Source of the DNA: Burkholderiales bacterium
GTDB taxonomy: Bacteria > Pseudomonadota > Gammaproteobacteria > Burkholderiales > Burkholderiaceae_E
Assembly: GCA_046304115.1 (NCBI GenBank)
Contig: JBKCEY010000429.1
Location: 1 to 40,222 of the forward strand
Length of the DNA stretch: 40,222 nucleotides
Direction: 5' to 3'
Part shown: positions 17,058 through 30,814 of the stretch, one piece after another
Position numbering within the stretch: position 1 is the stretch's first letter
Layout: each line of letters starts with the position of its first letter
Translations under genes and position numbers: made by a program
The notes under the pieces: model-generated
The model's input: only the letters and a program-made list of their open reading frames with translations
Databases searched by the model: none
Told to the model about the DNA's origin: nothing

Positions 17058-18136
17058 TTCAGGTTGAGGTGGCGCTTGCCGAGCGCTCCTATCCCATCCT
17101 CATCGGCCAGGGCCTGCTGGGCGCCTGTGAGCCGTTGCTCAGGCTCGCCAGCGGGCGCATGGTGGCGATCGTCACCGATGACCAGGTCGGCCCGCTCTAT
17201 GCCGCTGGCCTTGAAGCCGCCTTGCAGGGCGTTGCCGCCTCGCGGGTGACCGTGACCCTGCCTCACGGTGAGGCTCACAAGGGGTGGGGCACGCTCGAGC
17301 GCATCTTCGATGCCTTGCTCGAGGCCCGCTTTGATCGGGGTGCCCTGATCGTGGCGCTGGGTGGTGGCGTGGTCGGCGATATGGCGGGTTTTGCAGCGGC
17401 GGTCTATCAACGCGGTATCGACTTCGTTCAGGTGCCGACCACCCTGCTGGCCCAGGTCGATTCATCGGTCGGCGGCAAGACCGGCATCAACCACCCACTG
17501 GGCAAGAACATGATCGGGGCCTTTCATCAGCCTCGTCTCGTGCTCATCGACACCGACACGCTCTCGACCCTGCCTGCGCGCGAGGTCTCGGCTGGACTGG
17601 CCGAGATCATCAAGCACGGTGCGATTGCCGACTCGGGTTATTTCGATCAGGTGGTGGCTGATCTGCCCGCCCTGCGTGCGGGCAATGCCGTGGCCCTTGC
17701 GCGCGCCATTGCCCGATCCTGCGAGATCAAGGCCTCCGTGGTGTCTCGCGACGAACGGGAGGGCGGGCTGCGGGCCATCCTCAATTTCGGACATACCTTC
17801 GGTCATGCCATCGAGGCGGGGCTCGGCTATGGCGAGTGGCTGCACGGCGAGGCCGTGGGTGCCGGCATGGTCATGGCCGCCGATCTGTCCCACCGACTGG
17901 GCCTGATCGAAGGTTCAGTGCGAGCGCGGATCTTGCAGGCTGTCGCCGATGCCGGGTTGCCGGTTGAAGGTCCGCGCTGGCCGGTCGAGCGGTATGTGGA
18001 GCTGATGTCGGTCGACAAGAAGGCCGAACAGGGCACGCCCAAGTTTGTGCTGCTCAATGCGCTGGGCTCTGCGGTTGTGCAACGCGCGCCGCAGGCTCAG
18101 GTCGAAGCAACGCTGCGGGCCTGCACGGGTGCCTGA
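17054..18136 (+). CDS. aroB: 3-dehydroquinate synthase AroB
   Basis: Motifs [26 protein letters not shown] and [13 protein letters not shown] overlap with aroK. Confidence 0.93.
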   Translation: MIQVEVALAERSYPILIGQGLLGACEPLLRLASGRMVAIVTDDQVGPLYAAGLEAALQGVAASRVTVTLPHGEAHKGWGTLERIFDALLEARFDRGALIVALGGGVVGDMAGFAAAVYQRGIDFVQVPTTLLAQVDSSVGGKTGINHPLGKNMIGAFHQPRLVLIDTDTLSTLPAREVSAGLAEIIKHGAIADSGYFDQVVADLPALRAGNAVALARAIARSCEIKASVVSRDEREGGLRAILNFGHTFGHAIEAGLGYGEWLHGEAVGAGMVMAADLSHRLGLIEGSVRARILQAVADAGLPVEGPRWPVERYVELMSVDKKAEQGTPKFVLLNALGSAVVQRAPQAQVEATLRACTGA

Positions 18137-18178
18137 ACCGCGAACACCAGGCCCGAACAGGACCGACCGGAGACTCTC

Positions 18179-19324
18179 ATGACGGCATTTGATTCCCTGA
18201 TGTCGATCACGCTGGCGCCCTATGCAGCCCATCCTTCAGCCAGCCGCGGGCGGGTGCATGACGAGCCTGCACCCGAAGGGCGCGATGCCTTTCAGCGCGA
18301 TCGCGATCGCATCGTGCACTGCACCGCCTTTCGTCGCCTCGAATACAAGACGCAGGTCTTCGTCAATCATGAGGGTGATCTCTTTCGCACGCGCCTCACG
18401 CATTCCATCGAGGTCGCCCAGATCGCGCGTTCGGTGGCAAGGCGCCTGAGGCTCAACGAGGATCTCGCCGAAGCCATCTCGCTGGCCCATGATCTGGGTC
18501 ACACGCCCTTTGGCCATGCCGGTCAGGATGCGCTCAATCGCTGCATGCAGCCCTGGGGCGGCTTCGAGCACAACCTGCAGTCGCTGCGGGTGGTCGACGA
18601 GCTCGAGGAGCGCTATGGCGCTCACGACGGCCTGAACCTGTGCTTCGAGACCCGCGAGGGCATCCTCAAGCACTGCTCGGCCAGCCATGCGGCGCAGCTG
18701 GGCGAACTCGGCCGCCGCTTCATCGAGCGGACCCAGCCCTCGCTCGAGGCGCAGCTGGCCAACCTGGCCGATGAGATCGCCTACGTCAATCACGATGTCG
18801 ATGACGGCTTGCGTTCAGGACTGCTGCGCGTGGCCCAGCTGCAGCAGGTCGCGCTCTTTGGCCATCACCATCGGGAGGTTCTGGGCCTTTTTCCGCAGGT
18901 GAGCGAGCGGCGCCAGATCCACGAGACCGTGCGCCGAATGATCAATGAGCTTGTGACCGACCTCACGACTCACAGTGGCTGGCGGATTGCCGAGCGCGCG
19001 CCTGCTGACATCGCGGCGGTTCGCGCGAGCGTGCCGCTGGTGGGGTTTTCGGATGCTGTGGCCCAGCGTGCGCGCGACCTCAAGCGGTTTCTCTTCGAGC
19101 ATCTGTACCGGCACTTTCAGGTGGTCCGCATGACCAACAAGGCGGCCCGCATCATCACCGAACTCTTCGAAGCCTTCGTGGCCGACCCCCGCCTTCTGCC
19201 CGACGATCATCGCCGCCGCGCCGAGCGCGATCTGCATCGCGCGATTGCCGATTACGTGGCGGGCATGACCGATCGCTATGCCATCCGGGAGCATCGGCGC
19301 ATCTTCTCCTTCGACGAGGCCTGA
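18179..19324 (+). CDS. dgt: dGTP triphosphohydrolase-like HD-domain protein
   Basis: Motifs [15 protein letters not shown] and [12 protein letters not shown], with the typical ~380-aa Dgt-like subfamily length. Confidence 0.88.
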   Translation: MTAFDSLMSITLAPYAAHPSASRGRVHDEPAPEGRDAFQRDRDRIVHCTAFRRLEYKTQVFVNHEGDLFRTRLTHSIEVAQIARSVARRLRLNEDLAEAISLAHDLGHTPFGHAGQDALNRCMQPWGGFEHNLQSLRVVDELEERYGAHDGLNLCFETREGILKHCSASHAAQLGELGRRFIERTQPSLEAQLANLADEIAYVNHDVDDGLRSGLLRVAQLQQVALFGHHHREVLGLFPQVSERRQIHETVRRMINELVTDLTTHSGWRIAERAPADIAAVRASVPLVGFSDAVAQRARDLKRFLFEHLYRHFQVVRMTNKAARIITELFEAFVADPRLLPDDHRRRAERDLHRAIADYVAGMTDRYAIREHRRIFSFDEA

Positions 19325-19325
19325 G

Positions 19326-20021
19326 ATGGCCAGGGCTGCCCGGCCTGTGGTGACCGGTTTGCCGCTGCATGTCATTCAGCGCGGCAACAACCGGCAGGCT
19401 GTTTTTCTGGATGACCAGGATCGCCGCGATTACCTGCGCTGCCTGGCTGATGCCTGCATCGAGCATGGCCTGAGCATTCACGCCTATGTCCTGATGGATA
19501 ACCATGTCCATCTCCTGTGCACGCCCGAACGCGAAGGCGCCCTTTCGGGGGCGATGCAGGCCCTGGGGCGTCGGTATGTGCGCCACTTCAATCGGCGCCA
19601 CGCCCGCACCGGCACCCTGTGGGAGGGGCGGTTTCGATCCTCGCTGGTTGAGGCGGACCGCTACCTGCTGGCCTGTCACCGCTATATCGAACTCAACCCG
19701 GTGCGAGCCGGTCGGGTCGAGCAGCCCGAGGCCTGGGTCTGGTCGAGCCATCGTCATCATGTGGGCCTTGCGGTCGACCCACTGGTGCGCCTGCACCCGG
19801 TGCTCTATACCCTGGGCAATACGCCCTTCGAGCGGGAGTCGGCCTATCGTCGTCTCTTTGAAGAAGGCCCGATCCCGGCCGAAGGCGAGTGGCTCACCCA
19901 ATGCCTTATCTCGGGTAAACCAACAGCAAGTACTGACTTTCAGAGGGCGATGGAGGCCGGGCATGGCCTGAAGCTCACCGCCCGTCCGGTCGGGCGGCCC
20001 AAACGCCTCGTGACGGACTGA
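19326..20021 (+). CDS. REP-associated tyrosine transposase-like protein (RAYT; IS200-like Y1/HUH family, COG1943 type)
   Basis: HUH motif DNHVHLL and catalytic Tyr region CHRYIELNPVRAG, plus N-terminal LHVIQRGNNRQAVF. The ATG lies 1 nt after the dgt stop. No IS ends or second transposase ORF are visible. Confidence 0.8.
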   Translation: MARAARPVVTGLPLHVIQRGNNRQAVFLDDQDRRDYLRCLADACIEHGLSIHAYVLMDNHVHLLCTPEREGALSGAMQALGRRYVRHFNRRHARTGTLWEGRFRSSLVEADRYLLACHRYIELNPVRAGRVEQPEAWVWSSHRHHVGLAVDPLVRLHPVLYTLGNTPFERESAYRRLFEEGPIPAEGEWLTQCLISGKPTASTDFQRAMEAGHGLKLTARPVGRPKRLVTD

Positions 20022-20083
20022 AGGGCCGGTTGGGCATCGGGAATCCCGATCGCCGTGTCATGCCCATGCTGTCGCCCCCTTCG

Positions 20084-20155
20084 AAATTGTCATCTGACCC
20101 CAATTGTTTTTGGCTGGGCCTCGGTGGCGAAATAAATTGTCATCTGACCCCAATT
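20084..20155 (+). repeat. Two identical 22-bp elements AAATTGTCATCTGACCCCAATT spaced 50 bp start to start
   Basis: Copies lie at 20084-20105 and 20134-20155, each followed by a T-run. They sit between the RAYT stop and the gltB ATG (20222). Confidence 0.85.
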
Positions 20156-20221
20156 TATTTTTCTTGAGGACTTTGCTGCGTCGCACTATGCTCGCGGTCC
20201 GCTTTTCCGGAGGATCTCGCG

Positions 20222-24952
<4,731 letters not shown>

Positions 24953-25025
24953 CCAGGGCAGTGGCTACGCCCTGATCATCAGTGGCGTAGCCCGAGCCTG
25001 GCACTTCCCCGGGATCGCTGTAGCC

Positions 25026-25062
25026 AATCACGCTTTCACCGAATCACGCTTTTACCGAATCC
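25026..25062. repeat. About 2.3 tandem copies of a 16-bp unit (AATCACGCTTTYACCG) in the gltB-gltD spacer
   Basis: Read directly: 25026-25041, 25042-25057, and a partial copy from 25058. Confidence 0.8.
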
Positions 25063-25090
25063 AGTCAGAACATTCAGCAGGACACACACC

Positions 25091-26578
25091 ATGGGCAAGG
25101 TCACCGGATTTCTCGAGTACCAACGTCTGGCCGAAGCCAGCGAACCCGCCGATCAGCGTCTTCGCCACTACCGCGAATTCGTGCTGCATCTCGATGATGC
25201 GCAGGCCGCCCAGCAGGGCGCCCGCTGCATGGACTGTGGCATTCCGTTCTGCCAGAACGGCTGCCCGGTCAACAACATCATCCCCGACTGGAACGATCTG
25301 GTCTTTCGCCAGGACTGGCAGCGCGCACTCGATGTGCTGCACTCGACCAACAACTTCCCGGAGTTCACGGGTCGCATTTGCCCGGCACCCTGCGAGGCCG
25401 CCTGCACGCTGAACATCAACAGCGAGGCCGTGGGCATCAAGTCGATCGAGCACGCCATCATCGACAAGGGCTGGGAGCAGGGTTGGGTGGTGTCACAGCC
25501 GGCCGCCGTGCGCACGGGCAAGTCGGTTGCGGTCGTGGGCTCCGGTCCCGCCGGCATGGCCGCCGCCCAGCAACTGGCCCGTGCGGGTCACGATGTCACG
25601 GTCTTCGAGAAGAACGATCGCATCGGCGGACTGCTGCGCTATGGCATTCCCGACTTCAAGATGGAGAAGACCCACATCGACCGCCGCGTGGAGCAGATGC
25701 AGGCTGAAGGCGTGACCTTCCGTACCGGCGTGTTTGTGGGCCGTGGCAGTGCAGGTACCGGGGTGACCAACCTCGCCCGCGAGACGGTGGATCCCGACAC
25801 CCTGCTGGCTCAGTTCGATGCGGTGCTGCTCACCGGTGGCGCGGAGCAGCCGCGCGATCTGCCGGTGCCCGGGCGCGAGCTCAAGGGCGTGCATTTCGCG
25901 ATGGACTTTCTGCCCCAGCAGAACCGCACGGTGGCCGGTGACCAGGTCGATGCCCAGATCCTGGCCGAAGGCAAGCATGTGATCGTCATTGGCGGTGGCG
26001 ATACCGGCAGTGACTGCGTGGGCACCAGCAACCGCCAGGGTGCAGCGAGCGTGACGCAGTACGAGCTCATGCCCCAGCCGCCCGAGCAGGAATACAAGCC
26101 CCTGTCCTGGCCTTACTGGCCCACCAAGCTGCGCACCTCGTCGTCGCACGAAGAGGGCTGTGAGCGGGATTGGGCCATCACCACCAAGGAATTCCGTGGC
26201 GATGGCAAGGGCCAGGTCCGCGCGCTCGTGACCGCGCGGGTCGAGTGGATCAAGGATGAAGCCACCGGCCAGTTGCGCATGAGCGAAGTGCCGGGCAGCG
26301 AGCAGGAAGTGCCGGCTGATCTGGTCTTCTTTGCCATGGGGTTTGTCTCGCCGGTGAGCGGCGTGCTCGAGGCCTTTGGTGTGGAGCGTGATGCGCGTGG
26401 CAATGCGCGTGCGGCCACCGAAGGCGCCTCGAGCTATCGCACGAGCCGTGACAAGGTCTTTGCCGCCGGCGATATGCGCCGCGGTCAGTCACTGGTGGTG
26501 TGGGCGATCCGTGAAGGCCGCCAGGCCGCTCAGGCGGTGGATGCCTGGCTGATGGGCGCAAGCGACCTGCCTCGCTGA
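25091..26578 (+). CDS. gltD: Glutamate synthase (NADPH) small subunit
   Basis: Fe-S Cys clusters CMDCGIPFC and CPAPCEAAC, plus dinucleotide folds [14 protein letters not shown] and [13 protein letters not shown]. Confidence 0.96.
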   Translation: MGKVTGFLEYQRLAEASEPADQRLRHYREFVLHLDDAQAAQQGARCMDCGIPFCQNGCPVNNIIPDWNDLVFRQDWQRALDVLHSTNNFPEFTGRICPAPCEAACTLNINSEAVGIKSIEHAIIDKGWEQGWVVSQPAAVRTGKSVAVVGSGPAGMAAAQQLARAGHDVTVFEKNDRIGGLLRYGIPDFKMEKTHIDRRVEQMQAEGVTFRTGVFVGRGSAGTGVTNLARETVDPDTLLAQFDAVLLTGGAEQPRDLPVPGRELKGVHFAMDFLPQQNRTVAGDQVDAQILAEGKHVIVIGGGDTGSDCVGTSNRQGAASVTQYELMPQPPEQEYKPLSWPYWPTKLRTSSSHEEGCERDWAITTKEFRGDGKGQVRALVTARVEWIKDEATGQLRMSEVPGSEQEVPADLVFFAMGFVSPVSGVLEAFGVERDARGNARAATEGASSYRTSRDKVFAAGDMRRGQSLVVWAIREGRQAAQAVDAWLMGASDLPR

Positions 26579-26674
26579 TCGGCAGGCAGCCTACCTGACC
26601 GCGGTCTGTCCAACAGCCCGCAGTCAGTGATATCCGGCTAAGGGCCGCCCGCTTTCTTGAGGTTCAGTGAGGCC

Positions 26675-26702
26675 CCCCGGTGTCGGATCACCGACACCGG
26701 GG
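26675..26702. other. Perfect 12-bp-stem hairpin CCCCGGTGTCGG-ATCA-CCGACACCGGGG (REP-like element or atypical terminator)
   Basis: Read directly. It lies ~100 bp downstream of the gltD stop and has no U-tract on either strand. Confidence 0.5.
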
Positions 26703-27024
26703 TCCTGGCACACGCTCGATTCACCAGAGTCCGGCACGTCGGTCATCCCTCCGCCGTACCGGGTTGGTGCGCGCAGGCAGCGATGCTGCGCGGGTCAATC
26801 CCCCCTGACCTGATGCCATCCAGGCGGCCTCTTCGGGCCACGCAGGCGCAGCGCTCCATACCGACAGGCACTCCCCAGTGCCACACCAGATGAATCGCTA
26901 CTGGTGAGTATAAGACCGAACGCATGCGTCGGACAACCGATACACCGGTCTGGGTTGCGGGTTCTCGATGGCTGCAACCGGCCTGCCTGCGGTGCGGGTA
27001 TTCGTCCATTTTCAGCGCATACAT

Positions 27025-27040
27025 GCTGCATTGATGCAGC
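27025..27040. promoter_or_regulatory. Inverted repeat GCTGCAT-TG-ATGCAGC, candidate operator for the operon-encoded TetR
   Basis: A 7-bp-arm dyad about 50 bp upstream of the ligase ATG (27086). The TetR gene is translationally coupled to that ligase. Confidence 0.25.
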
Positions 27041-27085
27041 CGCTGGGTGCACAATCCGCCCAAACGATATCGAGGAGACCGGTCC

Positions 27086-28858
27086 ATGGACTGGGCAGAC
27101 ATCACCATCGGGCACGCCCTGCGCCAGACCGCGCAGCGTTGCCCTGATCGCATCGCGGTCACTGGCATGGGCGAGCGCTGGACCTTTGCCGAGCTCGATC
27201 GGCGTGCCGATGCCCTGGCGCACGGATGGGCTGCGCTCGGCGTGGGCCGGGGGGATCCGGTGGCGGTGTGGCTGACCAACAGCCCGCAATGGGTGGCCTG
27301 CTGGATGGCCTGTGCGCGCCTGGGTGCGATCCTGGTGCCCGTCAACACGCGCTTCAAGCCCGACGAGGTGGCCTACATCCTGCGCCAGAGCGAGGCACGG
27401 CTCCTGGTGGCCATGGATCAGTACTGGGATTTCGATTATCTCGGCATGATCCGTGCGCTGGTGCCCGAACTCGACAGCAGCCGCCCCGGGTTTCTGCACT
27501 GTGAAAACCTGCCCGCCCTGCGTGCCGTGGTGCTCTGGAATTCGGTTGAGGCGCCTGGCACGACCCATCTCGAGGCCGTGCGCGAGGCGGGCGAGCGCCG
27601 CCTCGCAGCGGGCGAGGTGCTGCCCGCTGCACAGGCCGCTGATCCGGTGATCATCGTCTACACCTCGGGCACGACCGGTCACCCCAAAGGCGCGGTACAT
27701 GGCCATGCAATTCTGCGCAATGTGGCCAATGTGGCCCGGGTCATGCGGATGGGCTCAGAGGACGTGATCCTCGGCCACATGCCCTTCTATCATGTGGCTG
27801 GCGCCTTCACCCAGGTGATCCCGTGCGTGATGCTGGGCTGCACCCTGGTCACCCTGGCTCAGTGGGTGCCCGATGAGGCTCTGGCCACCATCGAGCGCGA
27901 GCGGGTCACCATTTTTGGCGGCATTCCGACGCACTTCATCGATTGCCTCGATGCCATCCGCCGTCAGCCCCGCGATGTTTCATGCCTGCGCTCGGCCTGG
28001 ATTGGCGGCGCTCCCGTCACGCCCGATGTGGCCATGGCCGCGCGCACCGAGCTCGGGCTGAAGTCCCTGCAGGCCGTCTATGGCATGACCGAAACAACAG
28101 CGGCCACGGTTTTCAGCGAACACGATGCCCCGCTGGAGATCCTGTGTGAGAACAAGGGCCGCCCGATCGGTGAGTTCGAGGTGGCGGTCGTCGACCCCGC
28201 CACGGGCCAGGCGCTGCCCACCGGACACACGGGCGAGGTGAGGGTGCGCGGGCATCTGGTGATGCAGGGCTACTACCGCAATGCGCAGGCCACCGCCGAG
28301 GCGATCACGCCCGAGGGCTGGTTTCGCACGGGTGACCTGGGTGAGTTCGATTCACAGGGTTACCTGAAGATCACCGGACGGCTCAAGGAGATGTTCATCG
28401 TGGGCGGCTCCAATGCCTATCCGGCCGAGATCGAGCGCATGCTGCAGTCGCGCCCCGAGATCAAGCAGGCGGTGGTGGTGGGTGTGCCGCATGCCCGTCT
28501 GGGCGAGGTCGGGTTTGCCTGGGTGCAGCTGCATGACGGGCACAGCCTGAGCGCCGATGCACTGATCGCAGACTGCCGCTCGGCCATGGCCGACTACAAG
28601 GTGCCCCGGCATGTGCGGTTCGTGCCTGACTTTCCCCGGACCTCCACCGGCAAGATCCAGCGTTTTGTGCTGGCTCAGCATGCGCGTGAGATGCTGGACT
28701 CAACCGAACCGCGCGAGGTGCCGACCCCAACCGTGCTGACCGCAACCGTGCTGACCGCAACCGAACAGGCGCATGAAGTGCCGGCCCCAACCGCAGGATC
28801 CGATCCGGGGGTTCAGCCCGCTGCTGGTGTTCTCAATCCCGAAGGAGCGGCATCATGA
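27086..28858 (+). CDS. AMP-dependent acyl-CoA synthetase/ligase (with a repeat-containing C-terminal tail)
   Basis: A GAGGAG SD precedes the ATG at 27086. Motifs YTSGTTGHPKG, GWFRTGD and GKIQR. The last ~55 aa are low-complexity and include an in-frame 15-bp repeat at 28729-28758 (TVLTA x2). Confidence 0.88.
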   Translation: MDWADITIGHALRQTAQRCPDRIAVTGMGERWTFAELDRRADALAHGWAALGVGRGDPVAVWLTNSPQWVACWMACARLGAILVPVNTRFKPDEVAYILRQSEARLLVAMDQYWDFDYLGMIRALVPELDSSRPGFLHCENLPALRAVVLWNSVEAPGTTHLEAVREAGERRLAAGEVLPAAQAADPVIIVYTSGTTGHPKGAVHGHAILRNVANVARVMRMGSEDVILGHMPFYHVAGAFTQVIPCVMLGCTLVTLAQWVPDEALATIERERVTIFGGIPTHFIDCLDAIRRQPRDVSCLRSAWIGGAPVTPDVAMAARTELGLKSLQAVYGMTETTAATVFSEHDAPLEILCENKGRPIGEFEVAVVDPATGQALPTGHTGEVRVRGHLVMQGYYRNAQATAEAITPEGWFRTGDLGEFDSQGYLKITGRLKEMFIVGGSNAYPAEIERMLQSRPEIKQAVVVGVPHARLGEVGFAWVQLHDGHSLSADALIADCRSAMADYKVPRHVRFVPDFPRTSTGKIQRFVLAQHAREMLDSTEPREVPTPTVLTATVLTATEQAHEVPAPTAGSDPGVQPAAGVLNPEGAAS

Positions 28859-29640
28859 CCTTGCGAGACGAACTGCGCAGCTTCAAGCGCGAGCGCATCA
28901 TCGAGGAGGCGCAGCGCCTGTTCTATGAGCGCGGCTATCGCGGCACCAGCCTCGATGCGGTTGCCGAGGCGCTCGACATGACCAAGCCTTTCGTCTATGC
29001 GGTGTACGCCCGCAAGGTCGACATCCTGGTCGAAATCTCGATGCGCACGCTGCAACGCTCGCTCGATACCTTGCGTCAGGCCCGTGCCGATGGCGGGTCA
29101 CCCACCGCGCAGCTTCAGCGCTTTGCCATGCGCTTTACCGAGGTCGTGATTCGTCATCAGGCGGGCAGCGCGGTGTTCTTTCGAGAAGAGGCCTCGATTC
29201 CGGCCGATGCCACCCGGCGCATCAACCGGCTCAAGGGCGAGTTCGACGACGAACTGGCTGCCCTGCTCGAGGCCGGCCGTGCGAGCGGGGAGTTCCGCAT
29301 TGACGATGTACGAACGGCCACGCTCGCCATCGGCGGCATGATCAGTTGGGTTTATGTGTGGTTTCGCAGCGGCGGGCGGTTGTCGCCGGCTGTGATCGGC
29401 GAACACATGGCCCAGTACACCCTGCGGATCGCAGGCGCCGAAGCCCTGGCCTTGCCCGCGGCGGGTGTTCCTGTTGCGCCGGGCCCGTCAGTTGCGGCAG
29501 ACACCCCTGGCGCGACCCGTAAGAAGCCCTCGGCACGGGCGTCGGCTGCAGAGCCCGACGCCCCCAGGCTCAGCCGTTCACGCCCCAGTCGCGCAGCACC
29601 TCCTGCTGGTGCGCGCCGCTCGCGGGCTGCGAAGACCTGA
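28855..29640 (+). CDS. TetR-family transcriptional regulator (with a ~65-aa Ala/Pro/Arg-rich tail)
   Basis: N-terminal HTH GYRGTSLDAVAEALDMTKPFVYAVYARK. ATGA overlap with the ligase stop. The tail overlaps the convergent CoA-transferase gene by 71 bp. Confidence 0.87.
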   Translation: MTLRDELRSFKRERIIEEAQRLFYERGYRGTSLDAVAEALDMTKPFVYAVYARKVDILVEISMRTLQRSLDTLRQARADGGSPTAQLQRFAMRFTEVVIRHQAGSAVFFREEASIPADATRRINRLKGEFDDELAALLEAGRASGEFRIDDVRTATLAIGGMISWVYVWFRSGGRLSPAVIGEHMAQYTLRIAGAEALALPAAGVPVAPGPSVAADTPGATRKKPSARASAAEPDAPRLSRSRPSRAAPPAGARRSRAAKT

Positions 29641-30670
29641 TCTGCGACGGCGTGCGTGAAAAGCGCGGCGCCGGTCCAGGCTGGGTCACGCCATCGACCT
29701 CGACAAAGGTGCCGCGCGCTGCCATATGCGGATGCGCGGGCGCTTCGCCCATGGTGAGCACCGGAGCGAAGCAGCAGTCCGAGCCTTCCATGACCGCGCA
29801 CCACTCGGCCTGCGTCTTGCTGGCAAAGACCGCGGTGAAGCGCTGACGCAACACCGGCCAGCCAGAACGGTCGTTCTGTTTGGGCAGAGTCTCCTGATCC
29901 AGACCGGTGCGCTGCAGGAATTCCTCATAGAACTTGGCTTCGATCGCGGCGATCGAGACATGTTTGCCGTCTTTGGTGAGGTAGACCCCATACCAGGGGG
30001 CGCCGCCATCGAGCACATTGTCTGCCCGCTGATCGGTCCAGCGACCGGCTGCCCGCAACCCATAGATGCTGGCCATCAGCAGGGCTGCGCCATCGACCAT
30101 GGCTGCATCGACCACCTGGCCCCGGCCCGAGCGCGCTGTCTCCCAGACCGCCGCCAGCACGCCCATCGCGAGCATCATGCCGCCGCCGCCAAAGTCGCCC
30201 ACCAGATTGAGCGGTGGCACAGGCGCTTCTTTCGTGCCGATGGCCGAGAGCGCACCGGTCAGCGCGATGTAGTTGAGGTCATGACCCGCGGCCTTGGCGA
30301 TCGGACCGTCCTGGCCCCAGCCTGTCATGCGGCCATAGACCAGCTTGGCGTTGGTTTTCCAGCAGTCCTGAGGACCGAGCCCCAGGCGCTCCATCACACC
30401 GGGCCGGAAGCCTTCGATCAGCACATCGGCCTTGTCGATCAGCGCCTTGACCGTGACGAGGTCGGATGCCGACTTGAGGTCGAGGCTGATCGAGCGACGA
30501 CCACGGCCAAGCACGCCGAATTGGGTCTTGACTGGAATGCCGAGGTCTGCGCTTTCCTTGCGGTCGATGCGGACGACGTCCGCACCCATGTCTGACAACA
30601 ACATGCCGCAAAACGGACCCGGGCCGATGCCTGCGATCTCGATAACCCGCAGACCGTTGAGCGGACCCAT
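29570..30670 (-). CDS. Family III CoA-transferase (CaiB/BaiF; alpha-methylacyl-CoA racemase-like)
   Basis: Starts MGPLNGLRVIEIAGIGPGPFCGMLLSDMGADVVRIDR with a GGAGGAG SD. 366 aa. The 974-aa track ORF is an upstream over-extension through the antisense of the neighbouring ligase. Confidence 0.9.
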   Translation of the reverse strand: MGPLNGLRVIEIAGIGPGPFCGMLLSDMGADVVRIDRKESADLGIPVKTQFGVLGRGRRSISLDLKSASDLVTVKALIDKADVLIEGFRPGVMERLGLGPQDCWKTNAKLVYGRMTGWGQDGPIAKAAGHDLNYIALTGALSAIGTKEAPVPPLNLVGDFGGGGMMLAMGVLAAVWETARSGRGQVVDAAMVDGAALLMASIYGLRAAGRWTDQRADNVLDGGAPWYGVYLTKDGKHVSIAAIEAKFYEEFLQRTGLDQETLPKQNDRSGWPVLRQRFTAVFASKTQAEWCAVMEGSDCCFAPVLTMGEAPAHPHMAARGTFVEVDGVTQPGPAPRFSRTPSQIRSSQPASGAHQQEVLRDWGVNG

Positions 30671-30814
30671 GAGGTGTCTCCTCCGCCCTCCCTTCGGGCG
30701 ATTTCTTTCTGTGTTGGCAGATACTAAGCCGATCGCTATCCTACTGGCAAGTACGCTCGGGTCACGCATCGGTCGCCGCAGAGTGACACGCCCGCAGCCA
30801 GGAGACCTCATCGC

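Noticed and set aside
18179-19324. The dGTPase-like gene next to a transposase-like gene as a possible anti-phage dNTP-depletion defence gene
   Set aside because: It is the short (~380 aa) housekeeping Dgt-like subfamily. It sits downstream of the conserved aroK-aroB pair with no other defence-associated genes nearby, and nothing in the sequence supports a defence-island context.
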